A stretch of 64,000 bases of DNA, from positions 82,396 through 146,395 of the forward strand of contig JBBDOX010000018.1 in assembly GCA_040876835.1 (NCBI GenBank), in the 5' to 3' direction. The notes under the pieces are model-generated. The model ran no database searches. It was not told where the DNA came from and saw nothing but the letters and a program-made list of their open reading frames with translations. A program made the position numbers and the translations under genes. Of the stretch, positions 16,889-26,458 are shown piece after piece. Each line of letters opens with the position of its first letter. Position 1 is the first letter of the stretch. This DNA is from Candidatus Anderseniibacteriota bacterium. GTDB taxonomy: Bacteria > Patescibacteriota > Andersenbacteria > UBA10190.

Positions 16889-18196
16889 ATGCAGGACTTT
16901 TTCAGACGGGTTATACCAGCTGGAAGCGCTATCTTGATGGCAACAACCCTGGGGTCATACATTGTTGGCCTGTTGCGCGATCGTATCTTCGCCCAGACGT
17001 ATGGCTTATCCTCGCAGCTCGATGCCTACAACGCCGCATTTTTACTGCCTGACTTTTTCTTTAATCTGCTAGTCGCTAGTGGAATTGCGGCCGCAGTTGT
17101 TCCTCTGTTTTCTGATCTCAAACAGCAGGACAAAAAAGATGCCTACGGATACCTCAACTCAATTATAAGTGCTTCAATGCTGCTAATGGTGGGCGTTAGT
17201 TTGCTCCTAGTTATATTTGCTGGTCCTGCGGCTGCGCTAGTAGCGCCTGGGCTTTCAGCTGACGACCAGCAACTCACAACCCGTCTTATTCGCCTCCTGG
17301 CCCTTTCTCCAATTCTCTTTGCCGCCTCTAACGCTCTGGGCGCAGCTTTAATTACCGAAAAACGATTTCTCTTTTATGGCCTGTCTCCCATTTTTTATAA
17401 CATAGGTATTATCGGAGGCACGCTCTACTTAGCCCCTAGCTTTGGAGTTGTGGGCACGGCCATAGGAACTATCATCGGCGCCATCCTCCATGCCGTGGTT
17501 CGCGGCATTGACGCCTGGCGATCTGGATGGCGGCCAGCGTTTTCCGCACAATGGAACACAAAAGAATTTCGCACCACTGTCAGACTCATGATTCCAAAGA
17601 TGGTGGGACACCCTATAGAGCTAGTAACTTTTTGGATGTTTACTGCTATTGCCTCGACACTAACAGCTGGATCAATTAGCGCCCTTAATTTCGCCCGTAA
17701 CTTTCAAAGTGTGCCAGTCAGCATTATTGGTATTTCTATATCTACAGCTGTTTTCCCTGTATTAGCTAATGCCATGTCACGTAAATCACCCCAGGAATAC
17801 CACCGTACGCTGTGGCAAACCCTCAGCATTATTCTTGGCTTAAGCACGCTTGCTGCCATGGCCTTATACGTAATTCGTGAGCCGCTGGTTAGTATCCTGC
17901 TTGGCGGTGGAGAATTTGGCAGTGAGGATGCAGCTCGTACCGCTGGGATATTAGGTGCTTTTTGTCTGGCAGTTCCCACAGAATCTACCAGCCATCTTCT
18001 AGCACGAGCGTTTTATGCTAAAAAAAATACATTGACTCCAGTTGTGTTTAGCGTCATATCTCTTGCCATTGCAGTTGGCTCTGCTTTGCTAATGTTGCCC
18101 GCCCTACAGCTCTACGCCCTTCCAATTGGATTTTTCCTGGGTAGCTTAACGAAAGTAACCGGATTAACCATCGTCAGCTATCGACAACGAGCTTAG
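16889..18196 (+). CDS. murJ: Lipid II flippase MurJ (MviN family).
   Basis: N-terminal signature ...GLLRDRIFAQTYGLSSQLDAYNAAFLLPDFFFNLL..., about 12 transmembrane helices, 435 aa. Confidence 0.8.
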   Translation: MQDFFRRVIPAGSAILMATTLGSYIVGLLRDRIFAQTYGLSSQLDAYNAAFLLPDFFFNLLVASGIAAAVVPLFSDLKQQDKKDAYGYLNSIISASMLLMVGVSLLLVIFAGPAAALVAPGLSADDQQLTTRLIRLLALSPILFAASNALGAALITEKRFLFYGLSPIFYNIGIIGGTLYLAPSFGVVGTAIGTIIGAILHAVVRGIDAWRSGWRPAFSAQWNTKEFRTTVRLMIPKMVGHPIELVTFWMFTAIASTLTAGSISALNFARNFQSVPVSIIGISISTAVFPVLANAMSRKSPQEYHRTLWQTLSIILGLSTLAAMALYVIREPLVSILLGGGEFGSEDAARTAGILGAFCLAVPTESTSHLLARAFYAKKNTLTPVVFSVISLAIAVGSALLMLPALQLYALPIGFFLGSLTKVTGLTIVSYRQRA

Positions 18197-18975
18197 CCGA
18201 TAATAATGACGGCTTTGCGCCCGGCTGTAATGTTTTCATCTTCTCGCCAGTCGTGCATGGCGTTCATTAAAACAATTTCGTCGTAAATAAAGTCGGCTCC
18301 GCGACGCGTGCCCGGATCGTTCACAATAAACTTACCGTCGGACGTGTATCCCTTTACTACTATCATGTGATACAGCGGTCCCGGCTGTTGAAAGTACGGA
18401 TTGCCAAGCAGGCGCCCAGCAGCAGGAACGATAACCGGTTTGCCACTGGCGACGGCCTGACGAATCTGATCAGCCGTCGGGTTCTCGATGATACTAACGT
18501 TTGGGTATTCAAAGTAATCCGTAACAATGGCCGCTGTTTGCACAACATTCGTATCCTGATACTCACCAAATACCCGCTCCTCAAACTCCATTATTTTCAG
18601 CATGTCAGCTTCGGCCTGGTTGGGCCCTCCTATTGGCTGTTTTTGCAGATATCGCATCGCCATTAACACCGAAGCTTCTTCACAAAATTCCTTGTACGGC
18701 AACTCCCAGTTAGCACTTGGAGCCTGGGCCGTAAAGGGAATAGCCAGATTAGCTTCAGCTGGCAGGTCTGTCACGGCAACTTCAGCTGTAGAGGTATCGT
18801 CAGAAGAAGCTGGAAGAGATCCGCTTGATATATCTGTATATTCCTGGGCCTCCGGAAGCTGGGCCCGTTCAATGCCACGCTGCAGATCAAAGCGGTATTG
18901 CCATACAAAAACGCCGGCGGCGATTATTACGGCAGCTAGCACTCCGGTTATGATACCCGCTCTGCGCATACTCAT
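18193..18975 (-). CDS. Peptidase C39-like domain protein (secreted or membrane-anchored).
   Basis: N-terminal transmembrane helix. The ...FCEEASVLMAMRYL segment resembles the Cys-containing C39_2 region. The start at 18975 is preferred and abuts the upstream paralog. Confidence 0.55.
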   Translation of the reverse strand: MSMRRAGIITGVLAAVIIAAGVFVWQYRFDLQRGIERAQLPEAQEYTDISSGSLPASSDDTSTAEVAVTDLPAEANLAIPFTAQAPSANWELPYKEFCEEASVLMAMRYLQKQPIGGPNQAEADMLKIMEFEERVFGEYQDTNVVQTAAIVTDYFEYPNVSIIENPTADQIRQAVASGKPVIVPAAGRLLGNPYFQQPGPLYHMIVVKGYTSDGKFIVNDPGTRRGADFIYDEIVLMNAMHDWREDENITAGRKAVIIIG

Positions 18976-18977
18976 AT

Positions 18978-19808
18978 CTACAAAATATCGGTACCGGCGG
19001 TATATCTCAAGAGCTCTTCGTTCGTTACGGCCTGGATTGCCTGCGAGGCACCTCCACGGCGCTCGAATATGTCCCAGGTTGTGACCCACTGTCGCGTGTT
19101 TGTGCTTATATCAACTTCCCAGACCCTAATATCGCCTATTGCTCGAACCCACGTACGTGGCGGCATTACTACTACGGCGTGGTGATTGAGCGCACTCCAG
19201 TTATGCATAAATTCTTCCGTAGACCAGGACATGTGTCCATCTATGGGATCGATTAAGTAAAAGTGGGTGGGATTATCTGCAGTACCATCAAATCCATACA
19301 GGATACGAGTATGTTCACCGTTTACTGCTTTTATATTCTCTCCGGAAGGTGTCCTCCAGCTATGTACTGCACGCCGGCCGTAATATCCCCAAACAATTAC
19401 AGGGTTGCCAGAATCAATATGGCGGGCGACTTCGCTGGCTGATCCGTGTTTTATAACATGGGTGGGAGCGTAATCATTACCAACCTTAGCAATTGGATCC
19501 CAGTACACGCCATACCCGGTACCTAACATGGTTCCGTTAATAATACCTACAAACCCTTCATTCGGGTTGCCCCACACGCCTACTCCTTTCGGTGTCGGAT
19601 CAAATGGCAGTTTGGCAATCAATTCGCTTTCCGGTACGTCAACACCGTGGGCACCAAGTGCCATTTTGAGAGTTGCGATCTCGCAGCTTAATGAATGTTC
19701 CTGGCGGTGGAATGAAACCGGTAGGCGCACGGCGGCATCGGCAGCCAGCGGTGGCATGAGAAGGATACTGAGTGTGCCTAGAGCTGCACCGAGATGCCGA
19801 AAGACCAT
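18978..19808 (-). CDS. Peptidase C39-like domain protein with a signal peptide.
   Basis: Signal peptide followed by ...VSFHRQEHSLSCEIATLKMALGAHG, the Peptidase_C39_2-like catalytic Cys context. Confidence 0.6.
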   Translation of the reverse strand: MVFRHLGAALGTLSILLMPPLAADAAVRLPVSFHRQEHSLSCEIATLKMALGAHGVDVPESELIAKLPFDPTPKGVGVWGNPNEGFVGIINGTMLGTGYGVYWDPIAKVGNDYAPTHVIKHGSASEVARHIDSGNPVIVWGYYGRRAVHSWRTPSGENIKAVNGEHTRILYGFDGTADNPTHFYLIDPIDGHMSWSTEEFMHNWSALNHHAVVVMPPRTWVRAIGDIRVWEVDISTNTRQWVTTWDIFERRGGASQAIQAVTNEELLRYTAGTDIL

Positions 19809-19851
19809 AACTATTGTATTATAGCACGAAATTACGGCTTTTGCAAGGAGT

Positions 19852-20142
19852 TTAGTTCAGCTTTCGATCGGCTCTATGTTTTTCGTAAGTGAAGTATTGG
19901 ACCAGGGTTATCCCCCACATAATGATCCCGACTGAGAATGAGGCTAATGGTAACCAGGCGCGAGTTAGAATAAAGAAACCAATTGAAGAAGCGTAAAAAC
20001 CAAGTGCTATGAGTATAGTGGTGAGCGGTTGTCCGGACCGCTTTTCCTGATAATTTTTCTTAATCTGGGCCGGGATACCAATAAGCACTAAGGCGAGCGA
20101 AAACAAACTTACGAGAATACTGAGAGTGAATTGAATATCCAT
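19852..20142 (-). CDS. PQ-loop / SemiSWEET-like small membrane protein (3 transmembrane helices).
   Basis: 96 aa. A ...GIPAQIKKNYQEKRSG segment after the first helix resembles the PQ-loop motif. Three hydrophobic helices. Confidence 0.4.
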   Translation of the reverse strand: MDIQFTLSILVSLFSLALVLIGIPAQIKKNYQEKRSGQPLTTILIALGFYASSIGFFILTRAWLPLASFSVGIIMWGITLVQYFTYEKHRADRKLN

Positions 20143-20210
20143 TGCTCTAGCATACCACCATCTAAATACGTCTCTATCAGCAAAGGTATGCGAGGTTGAA
20201 ACTTAATACC

Positions 20211-22025
20211 TTACCCCTTTCCTGATTTTCCCAACTTGCTCTCTATTTCCGGCATAATAATCTGTGATGGTTTTCTTTCAGGAATCTGGATGTTGTTCCT
20301 GTTAAACAAACCTATTCGATGAAGCTTGGAGAGTGCTTCTATATTCACTCCGCCAACCATCAGAAGCTTCTCAGCATTTTGCTTTTGCAACGCACGAGTA
20401 ATAAGCGCTTGCTCCATATATACAAGAGGCTGCGTGTTCGTGGCATGAGGTGATGTGTCGGAAAAGGATCCACCGAATCGGAACTGCCTGGCTGAACGAT
20501 CAATGGCAAGTTTCGCTGTTTCCTTATCATCCTTTGCCGGATTTGCCTCTTTTACACTGTCAAAAAACGCTTTCATACATTCCACTAACGTCCCGCCCAA
20601 CATTCTCCGCTGCAGAGCGCGGAGATAATGGACGTCTACCACTCGCTGATGCCCAAAAAGCTCTGCCTGAGTTTCCTCCTCAATTAGCACTGCGCCTGCT
20701 TCTGAATTCACGCTTGATCTATCTAACCCGACGTTTTCTGTAATCGACAACCCCAACCCCTCCTTGTTTTCATTCTGGATTACGTGTGTTATCTCATGAT
20801 CCAGAACAGCCACGGCACCTGTCGGGCTGGTGCTGGCTAGCGCACGATTAAACGCTTCAGGCACCTTAACCACTCCCTGTTGACTTACAACAATCAGACT
20901 TTCTTTGGAGGGGTCAACAACGATCTGCCACAACCCGTCAGGAGCCCGGCCGGCTCTATCAGGACTATATTCTTCGTGCTGGCTTAAAATACCATATTCC
21001 CGTAAGGCCTTTTTTGCCCATCCGATGAACTCTTCAGCCCCTATTTTGATTTCCCGTAACAACTGTGGATCAACATCCTTGAATGTATAGTCCTCCATGG
21101 GCTCGGGATTTTTTATCATTTGCTCTATCTCTTCAATTATTTCCTGCGTTCCTGGATTAACGGGAGAGTAGTCACCTCCGTACATGCGCTCTCCTACACC
21201 CTGCGCGAATTTATCCAACCGACTAGAGGCCCGGTACTGTCGCTCGTCTTCAAAAAGCTTTGGACCGCGAATATTTTTCTCCAATCTTGCGTATATATCC
21301 TGTGACCTTTCCTGCGGGGCTGTCCTGTGCTGCTTTAAGAACACAGCCGTGTTGGCATATTCTCCTACCAGCAGCTCGTTCAACCGCCGCCTGTGTAAAG
21401 TCAGCATAGTTAGTTTTGCCTGCGAGACGTGGTCCTCTTTTCCTATAAACAACTCTTCTTGCTCCTTGTAGTACTGCTTCAGCAGGCGCAATGATTGCAG
21501 TTTATCTGCCAAAACTTCGGGGTTACGAACTATGTTGAGCTTTGTCGGATTCTCAACGTTCTCGAGTGATGCATACCCGTTATTGGCAAACTGCTCAACT
21601 ACAAGCCCTTCAGAATATTGCCTGCTCTTGCCTGAAATTTTTTCCAGCACTTTGGCATCAATCCCCCGGTAGTCAAGGCCACAAAAGTATTCTTCTATAT
21701 CTGTAAGGGAGCGGAACTGTGGCACCTCTGCGCCCAAGGCTTCTGCTAGATAGCTTCTTCCTTCTTCTGTGAGGAAGTACTCTTCGTAAAACTCAGAGGT
21801 ATTTATTCGCATCTTCCATGCATGTTCAATTCCCTTAGCTGTCTCTCCTGATTTTAAAGGCAGGCTCTCACTCCTTGTGAGTTCCTTTTCGTATTCCAAA
21901 ACCTCTTCTCGCTCTTCGGGAGAAAGAATGAATTCCGGGTCTTTGGCTAGAGATTCAACGGTCTGTTGAATGTCCATTCCGGGTCTTAAGGGAAAAGCCT
22001 CTGGTTTAAATGATTCCAGGTTCAT
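20211..22025 (-). CDS. DUF1704 / QEGLA-motif (MATCAP-like) putative zinc metallopeptidase.
   Basis: HEITH (HExxH) is followed by ...NENKEGLGLS, a QEGLA-like segment. 604 aa. Confidence 0.45.
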   Translation of the reverse strand: MNLESFKPEAFPLRPGMDIQQTVESLAKDPEFILSPEEREEVLEYEKELTRSESLPLKSGETAKGIEHAWKMRINTSEFYEEYFLTEEGRSYLAEALGAEVPQFRSLTDIEEYFCGLDYRGIDAKVLEKISGKSRQYSEGLVVEQFANNGYASLENVENPTKLNIVRNPEVLADKLQSLRLLKQYYKEQEELFIGKEDHVSQAKLTMLTLHRRRLNELLVGEYANTAVFLKQHRTAPQERSQDIYARLEKNIRGPKLFEDERQYRASSRLDKFAQGVGERMYGGDYSPVNPGTQEIIEEIEQMIKNPEPMEDYTFKDVDPQLLREIKIGAEEFIGWAKKALREYGILSQHEEYSPDRAGRAPDGLWQIVVDPSKESLIVVSQQGVVKVPEAFNRALASTSPTGAVAVLDHEITHVIQNENKEGLGLSITENVGLDRSSVNSEAGAVLIEEETQAELFGHQRVVDVHYLRALQRRMLGGTLVECMKAFFDSVKEANPAKDDKETAKLAIDRSARQFRFGGSFSDTSPHATNTQPLVYMEQALITRALQKQNAEKLLMVGGVNIEALSKLHRIGLFNRNNIQIPERKPSQIIMPEIESKLGKSGKG

Positions 22026-22040
22026 ACGGTCAAATATACT

Positions 22041-22496
22041 CTACCTGGTAAGACTAGCGCTAACTTTGGCAGAAAGTCGTTCACACAGGGACACAATCTC
22101 CTCTCCTGCCACAGCTTCAGTCTTTGATACGTTTAAAAGTGAGAAAATATTTGCCCCTCGTTTATCCGCCGGCAGGTCTTCGGGTATAGCGACAATATGG
22201 AAATGAATATGGTTACATCCCCCTTTTTCGGCAAACAATACGCTGTATTCTTTTTGACTTTGAAGCTCTTCATGGAGGGCCTTTGCTGTTGCTCCTTGCA
22301 TGATTGCCAGCTCGCTTAACTCCTTAGTTGATAGCTCATGCAGCGCTTCAGCGTGCCGCTTGAGTACTATGACAAGCCAGCCCGGTATAGCTGATGAATT
22401 CACGTGTTCCACTTTCCAGTATGTACCTTCGTAAATAACCGGACCGGGAGTAAGAGATATTTCGCCTTTAAGCGCTTGGCATGATAGACAGTTCAT
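22041..22496 (-). CDS. HIT family nucleotide hydrolase.
   Basis: Histidine triad ...NHIHFHIVA and an N-terminal Cys-x-x-Cys. Confidence 0.8.
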   Translation of the reverse strand: MNCLSCQALKGEISLTPGPVIYEGTYWKVEHVNSSAIPGWLVIVLKRHAEALHELSTKELSELAIMQGATAKALHEELQSQKEYSVLFAEKGGCNHIHFHIVAIPEDLPADKRGANIFSLLNVSKTEAVAGEEIVSLCERLSAKVSASLTR

Positions 22497-22497
22497 A

Positions 22498-22893
22498 CTA
22501 GCTAATAATCGCCGTTAGCCGAGGCACAATATCCTCGATGTTTTTGTATTCAATCACGGTCTCGGAAATACCTCGAACACTGTCCTTAATCTCTGTCCCT
22601 TCTTGAGCGATAAGAATTACCCTTTTCCCCATTGCGTATGCCATGCCCGCTTCAGCCGCTCTGCCTGTTGGTTTATCTGTCATATCTAATAATAGATAAT
22701 CTGATTTTTGTATTTCTTCTGCTGTTCGCTTCATGAGATCATGGGCATCATCAAACACTTTTTCATAGTTTTCTATATCGCGAATAAAGCAGAAATCCTT
22801 AAAACCGGATTCTTTTACTAGCGCACAAAGATACTCAATCTCAGTCTTATTTCTTCCATGTTCAAACGAGGCGGTAATAAATATTCTTGGCAT
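22498..22893 (-). CDS. NDT/DNPH1-like protein, paralog B.
   Basis: ...LLLDMTDKPTGRAAEAGMAYAMGKRVILI. About 80% amino-acid identity to 14945-15337. Confidence 0.65.
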   Translation of the reverse strand: MPRIFITASFEHGRNKTEIEYLCALVKESGFKDFCFIRDIENYEKVFDDAHDLMKRTAEEIQKSDYLLLDMTDKPTGRAAEAGMAYAMGKRVILIAQEGTEIKDSVRGISETVIEYKNIEDIVPRLTAIIS

Positions 22894-22894
22894 A

Positions 22895-23359
22895 CTATTT
22901 ACTATCCCAAAAAGTAGAATTTGTTTTGTATGCCTCTATATACCTTGCCGTTGAAGCAAATAGTGGCTGCGGCAGGTTATCTAGATCATACCAACTCCAC
23001 GCTTCGCGTTTATCAGGCTCAAGTATCTGCGGCTCTCCACTTTCCCATTCAGCTAATAGCCCTATGTCGATGTAATGTTTGGGTGCATATTCAGTGATGT
23101 TACTCAGGCACAAGAAACGAATATTCTTAATTGTAATTCCCGCCTCTTCCATAGTTTCCCGACGAGCAGTTTCAAAAAGTGATTCTAAATGCTCAACGTG
23201 GCCACCAGTATTGGCATATTCCCCCTCACCGTGGGCATTTTTTCGTTTTCCAAGGAGCACTTTGCCATCTTTTAAGATCATCACACCAACACCAACTTTG
23301 GGATACTGCACAGTTACTTCTTTAATTGCGGTTTCACTCATGCCTCTACCCCATCGCAC
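22895..23359 (-). CDS. NUDIX hydrolase, paralog B.
   Basis: Nudix box GGHVEHLESLFETARRETMEEAGI. Confidence 0.8.
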   Translation of the reverse strand: MRWGRGMSETAIKEVTVQYPKVGVGVMILKDGKVLLGKRKNAHGEGEYANTGGHVEHLESLFETARRETMEEAGITIKNIRFLCLSNITEYAPKHYIDIGLLAEWESGEPQILEPDKREAWSWYDLDNLPQPLFASTARYIEAYKTNSTFWDSK

Positions 23360-23756
23360 CTATAATTGCTCCGGCAGCCAATAGTGTTACAAGCATGTTA
23401 CCGGCACCAATCCAGAAGAGTGTCATGCTGCCGCCCCAGATAGCACTGCCGAATTGTACAGGCACTACGAAACCAACCCATGCCAGGAAGGCTGTAGAAA
23501 TTCCGCTACTAACACTCAGGTCTCCTTTTCCTACTACAAACAAGGCTAGAACGTAAAACATGACTAGGCTGGCGATGAGCTGCATGAAATACAGCTTGCC
23601 CATCTTTTTCTTTTCTGCTGCCTGTTTTTCTGGACTCCATTTATTCATTCCTGCAGCTTTCTGAAACGTTTTCCCAAACAAGGGGCCGTACCAGATGCTA
23701 CCTATAACCATAGAGGCTATTGCTGCTGCTATTAACGATATATAACTAACTGGCAT
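23346..23756 (-). CDS. DUF1761 family membrane protein.
   Basis: ...GSIWYGPLFGKTF... start and 4 transmembrane helices. 136 aa. Confidence 0.55.
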   Translation of the reverse strand: MPVSYISLIAAAIASMVIGSIWYGPLFGKTFQKAAGMNKWSPEKQAAEKKKMGKLYFMQLIASLVMFYVLALFVVGKGDLSVSSGISTAFLAWVGFVVPVQFGSAIWGGSMTLFWIGAGNMLVTLLAAGAIIGAMG

Positions 23757-23852
23757 AAGGATTTTATAAAGGGTTAAATATGACTTTATTATCTACCTAA
23801 GGTCATATCTTTTGCTAGTCGACTCACCGCCTAATTAAAACTTGCAAAGGTT

Positions 23853-24215
23853 TTAAGGAATCAGATTCTGCAAATCCGATACTGCCTGTTCCCAATTTTC
23901 GAAAGCAATAGCACGATCATCAATATACGCGATGGCTGCAGGCTTGTTGTTTGTTAGTTCATGGTAATGCTCGCCTTCAATGAATTTGTTTTCTAGTAAC
24001 CACGTTTCAACAGCCTTTCTTTGTTTGTCCATGTCGGGAAACTTTGGGTTCAGCCTCGCGGTCACTATGGCGATTCTAAACCCCCGTGCTACAAGGTTGG
24101 TAAGGGCTTCGTGTGATTCTTTCACTGGAATGTCATACATCGCTCCGCCATTCCAACCCTCAGAATAGGCATGGATAACTCCATCTAAATCTATGGCGAT
24201 TGTCTTTTTCTTCAT
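23853..24215 (-). CDS. Small HAD-superfamily hydrolase (deoxyribonucleotidase-like).
   Basis: Motif I IAIDLDGVIH. 120 aa, similar in size to NT5C or phage dNMPase. Confidence 0.55.
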   Translation of the reverse strand: MKKKTIAIDLDGVIHAYSEGWNGGAMYDIPVKESHEALTNLVARGFRIAIVTARLNPKFPDMDKQRKAVETWLLENKFIEGEHYHELTNNKPAAIAYIDDRAIAFENWEQAVSDLQNLIP

Positions 24216-24278
24216 CAGTAGGGGGTTTAGAGGCTAAGGTAGAACCTTATTGGAACACTTTTATGCAGTTGACAACGC

Positions 24279-24950
24279 TTACGATTTTTCCCGCATAGCC
24301 TCACTTACTAGACTGGGTGTTATTTCTTCTACACTCTCAACTATTATATCAGCGTCTTTTACCTTATCTCTTGTCACCGTATGAAGCACAGCAATGCATT
24401 TGGCACCAGACGCTTTAGCTGCCGCCACGCCAGACGGCGTGTCCTCAACAATCAATATTTGATCTTTTGATAAGCCAACCCCAGAAATTCCTTTTAAGTA
24501 CCCTTCTGGATCTGGTTTGCCTTTCTGAACATCGTCGATTGTTACAACAACTTCGAAATAATGCAGTAAATTCTCTTCTTCCAATATAGGGATCACCTCG
24601 GAACGCGGGGATGCAGTAACCAATCCCAGTCTGTAATTTTCACTTAGCCTTGATAAGACAGTCTTGATAGCGGGGTGGATAATACTCTCCTCTTTAACAA
24701 GTTCGGCGTATTCTTTAGCTTTCTGCTCTGTAAGCGCTTTAGCTGAACATCCTTTCAACTTTGCACTAAATGCATGTATAAGATTCTCGAATCCTGCCTG
24801 ACTAGTTCTTCCCAAGCAATGTTCGTTGAATAAATCATGAGTAAGTTCAACGCCTAAATTTGACATGATATTTACCATGACTTTTTCGTGAATATGCTCA
24901 TCATCTACAATAACGCCGTTGTAATCGAACAGGATCCCGTACTTTTTCAT
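24279..24950 (-). CDS. HAD-IA family phosphatase (beta-phosphoglucomutase-like).
   Basis: Motif I LFDYNGVI, a ...GKPDPE... segment and an ...EDTPSGV motif III region. Confidence 0.75.
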   Translation of the reverse strand: MKKYGILFDYNGVIVDDEHIHEKVMVNIMSNLGVELTHDLFNEHCLGRTSQAGFENLIHAFSAKLKGCSAKALTEQKAKEYAELVKEESIIHPAIKTVLSRLSENYRLGLVTASPRSEVIPILEEENLLHYFEVVVTIDDVQKGKPDPEGYLKGISGVGLSKDQILIVEDTPSGVAAAKASGAKCIAVLHTVTRDKVKDADIIVESVEEITPSLVSEAMREKS

Positions 24951-25015
24951 GACTGCAGCATATCAGGTTTAAACCGTCTTTACCCCTTTTAAACTACCCT
25001 TACCTTCAATTTGAG

Positions 25016-25048
25016 CTATCCGGAATTTCCGGATAGTTGGCTTTTTGC
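25016..25048. promoter_or_regulatory. Perfect 10+10 palindrome CTATCCGGAA-T-TTCCGGATAG followed by a T-run. Possible operator or terminator.
   Basis: Inverted repeat seen directly in the intergenic region 24951-25091. A T-tract follows only on the plus side, while both flanking genes are on the minus strand. Confidence 0.35.
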
Positions 25049-25091
25049 TTAGCTCTTTTGTTTTATAGATGTTGGCTATATGTTCATAGCA

Positions 25092-25658
25092 TCAATGTAC
25101 CAGGCTCAAGCGTTCTTGAGTTAACCCTTCTAATTCATACACCCACCCTGGTTGCCACTGCCAGGGCGCTGTTACTACTTCACGCAAACCTACGCCCTTG
25201 ATCCAGTGCTCTAAACCATACTGCGTAGCTCGGTGACCAATAATCATTACTCTTTTGCCATCGTATTTCTCTAACAAGTCTTCTAAAAAATTCTTCATTC
25301 GCTCTGATGTTTGTTCATAGCTTTCCCCGCTGGGAAACGGCTTTTTAATTCTCTCTGCTCGCTGTTCCTTTATTTCGTCGGCTGGATGCTGAGTTAGATC
25401 TCCGTAGTCACATTCTCGCAACCTTTTGTCTTGAATGATTGGAATGCTCCTGCCACTAAATGCGATCTCTGCTGTTTTATATGAACGTTGAAGATCGGAG
25501 CAGAATATGGCATCGAGTTCTTCGCTGATATAGCGGATGCCAAGCTCTTTCGCTTGTTGAAGGCCTAGCTTCGAAAGCTCGACATCGTTATGTCCAGATG
25601 ATAAATCTTGCTCGTTATCAAGGCTGGTTGCATGAGATTCAAAAATGATTTTAATCAT
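25092..25658 (-). CDS. Histidine phosphatase (phosphoglycerate mutase family)-like protein.
   Basis: ...LQRSYKTAEI... and ...IGHRATQ... resemble PGAM-family motifs, but the N-terminal RHG motif is divergent (ESHATS). Confidence 0.5.
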   Translation of the reverse strand: MIKIIFESHATSLDNEQDLSSGHNDVELSKLGLQQAKELGIRYISEELDAIFCSDLQRSYKTAEIAFSGRSIPIIQDKRLRECDYGDLTQHPADEIKEQRAERIKKPFPSGESYEQTSERMKNFLEDLLEKYDGKRVMIIGHRATQYGLEHWIKGVGLREVVTAPWQWQPGWVYELEGLTQERLSLVH

Positions 25659-25728
25659 ATTGGTAGGGACATATAGATCAATTTAGAGTCGCTTTCGAAG
25701 ATTTAAGCTGTATCAAATTATCAGTCTA

Positions 25729-26268
25729 TTAACATGTCTTGATCCAATTAGCTATTCCTCTAGCAACTTCCTCTGGTGTAAATCGTGCTGTATCAAATAT
25801 TTTACAATTATAATCTTGGCAAATATTCCTTAGCTGTGATGCAAAGGAGATGTTCTGTTTAACACTTTCCTCTAGCGAAAGCCCCGTAGTTCTTGCCCAT
25901 TCGTTTTGCATTTCCTTAGTTGAGAGTCTTTGTCTAAATCTCTCTTCAATTTTTAATGAAGAAACTTCTAGTAAAGCATAGTGAGGCTCTATATTTTCTA
26001 GAAGATCTTTGTTTGCTTCTACCTCACTAGGGATTGAAATTCCGCAAACTACTGCAGTTTTCTCTTGTCCTGCATCCCTTATTCCCTCTTCAAGCCAATA
26101 TCTAGTTTCTTGCTTTCTCCAATTTTCCGAAACATTATCAGGAACACCCCTTTGGTCAAAGTCGTATACGGAAAAATTTACTGGCAACAGCTTTTTAAGG
26201 TATGGGATAATCGTAGTCTTCCCAGACGTACTTACTCCTGTTATGAAAAACATTCTACCTTTAGACAC
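25729..26268 (-). CDS. P-loop NTPase, probable nucleoside or nucleotide kinase.
   Basis: Walker A FFITGVSTSGKTT. 179 aa, small kinase-like. Confidence 0.55.
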   Translation of the reverse strand: MSKGRMFFITGVSTSGKTTIIPYLKKLLPVNFSVYDFDQRGVPDNVSENWRKQETRYWLEEGIRDAGQEKTAVVCGISIPSEVEANKDLLENIEPHYALLEVSSLKIEERFRQRLSTKEMQNEWARTTGLSLEESVKQNISFASQLRNICQDYNCKIFDTARFTPEEVARGIANWIKTC

Positions 26269-26458
26269 TTGTTTGCAGGGAGTATTAGAAGCAACTCGAA
26301 CTTATTTTGAGCGTAACTCAAACGGCAATTAATGCACAACGACTTACCGCGCACGAGCGTGAGGTGCCCAGCCCCACGATGGCATACGAGGTTGTCCACT
26401 CAGCCGGAACTCATTGTGTTGGTTTACACTTGTAGAACTTCAAGTTTAGAATAAAATT

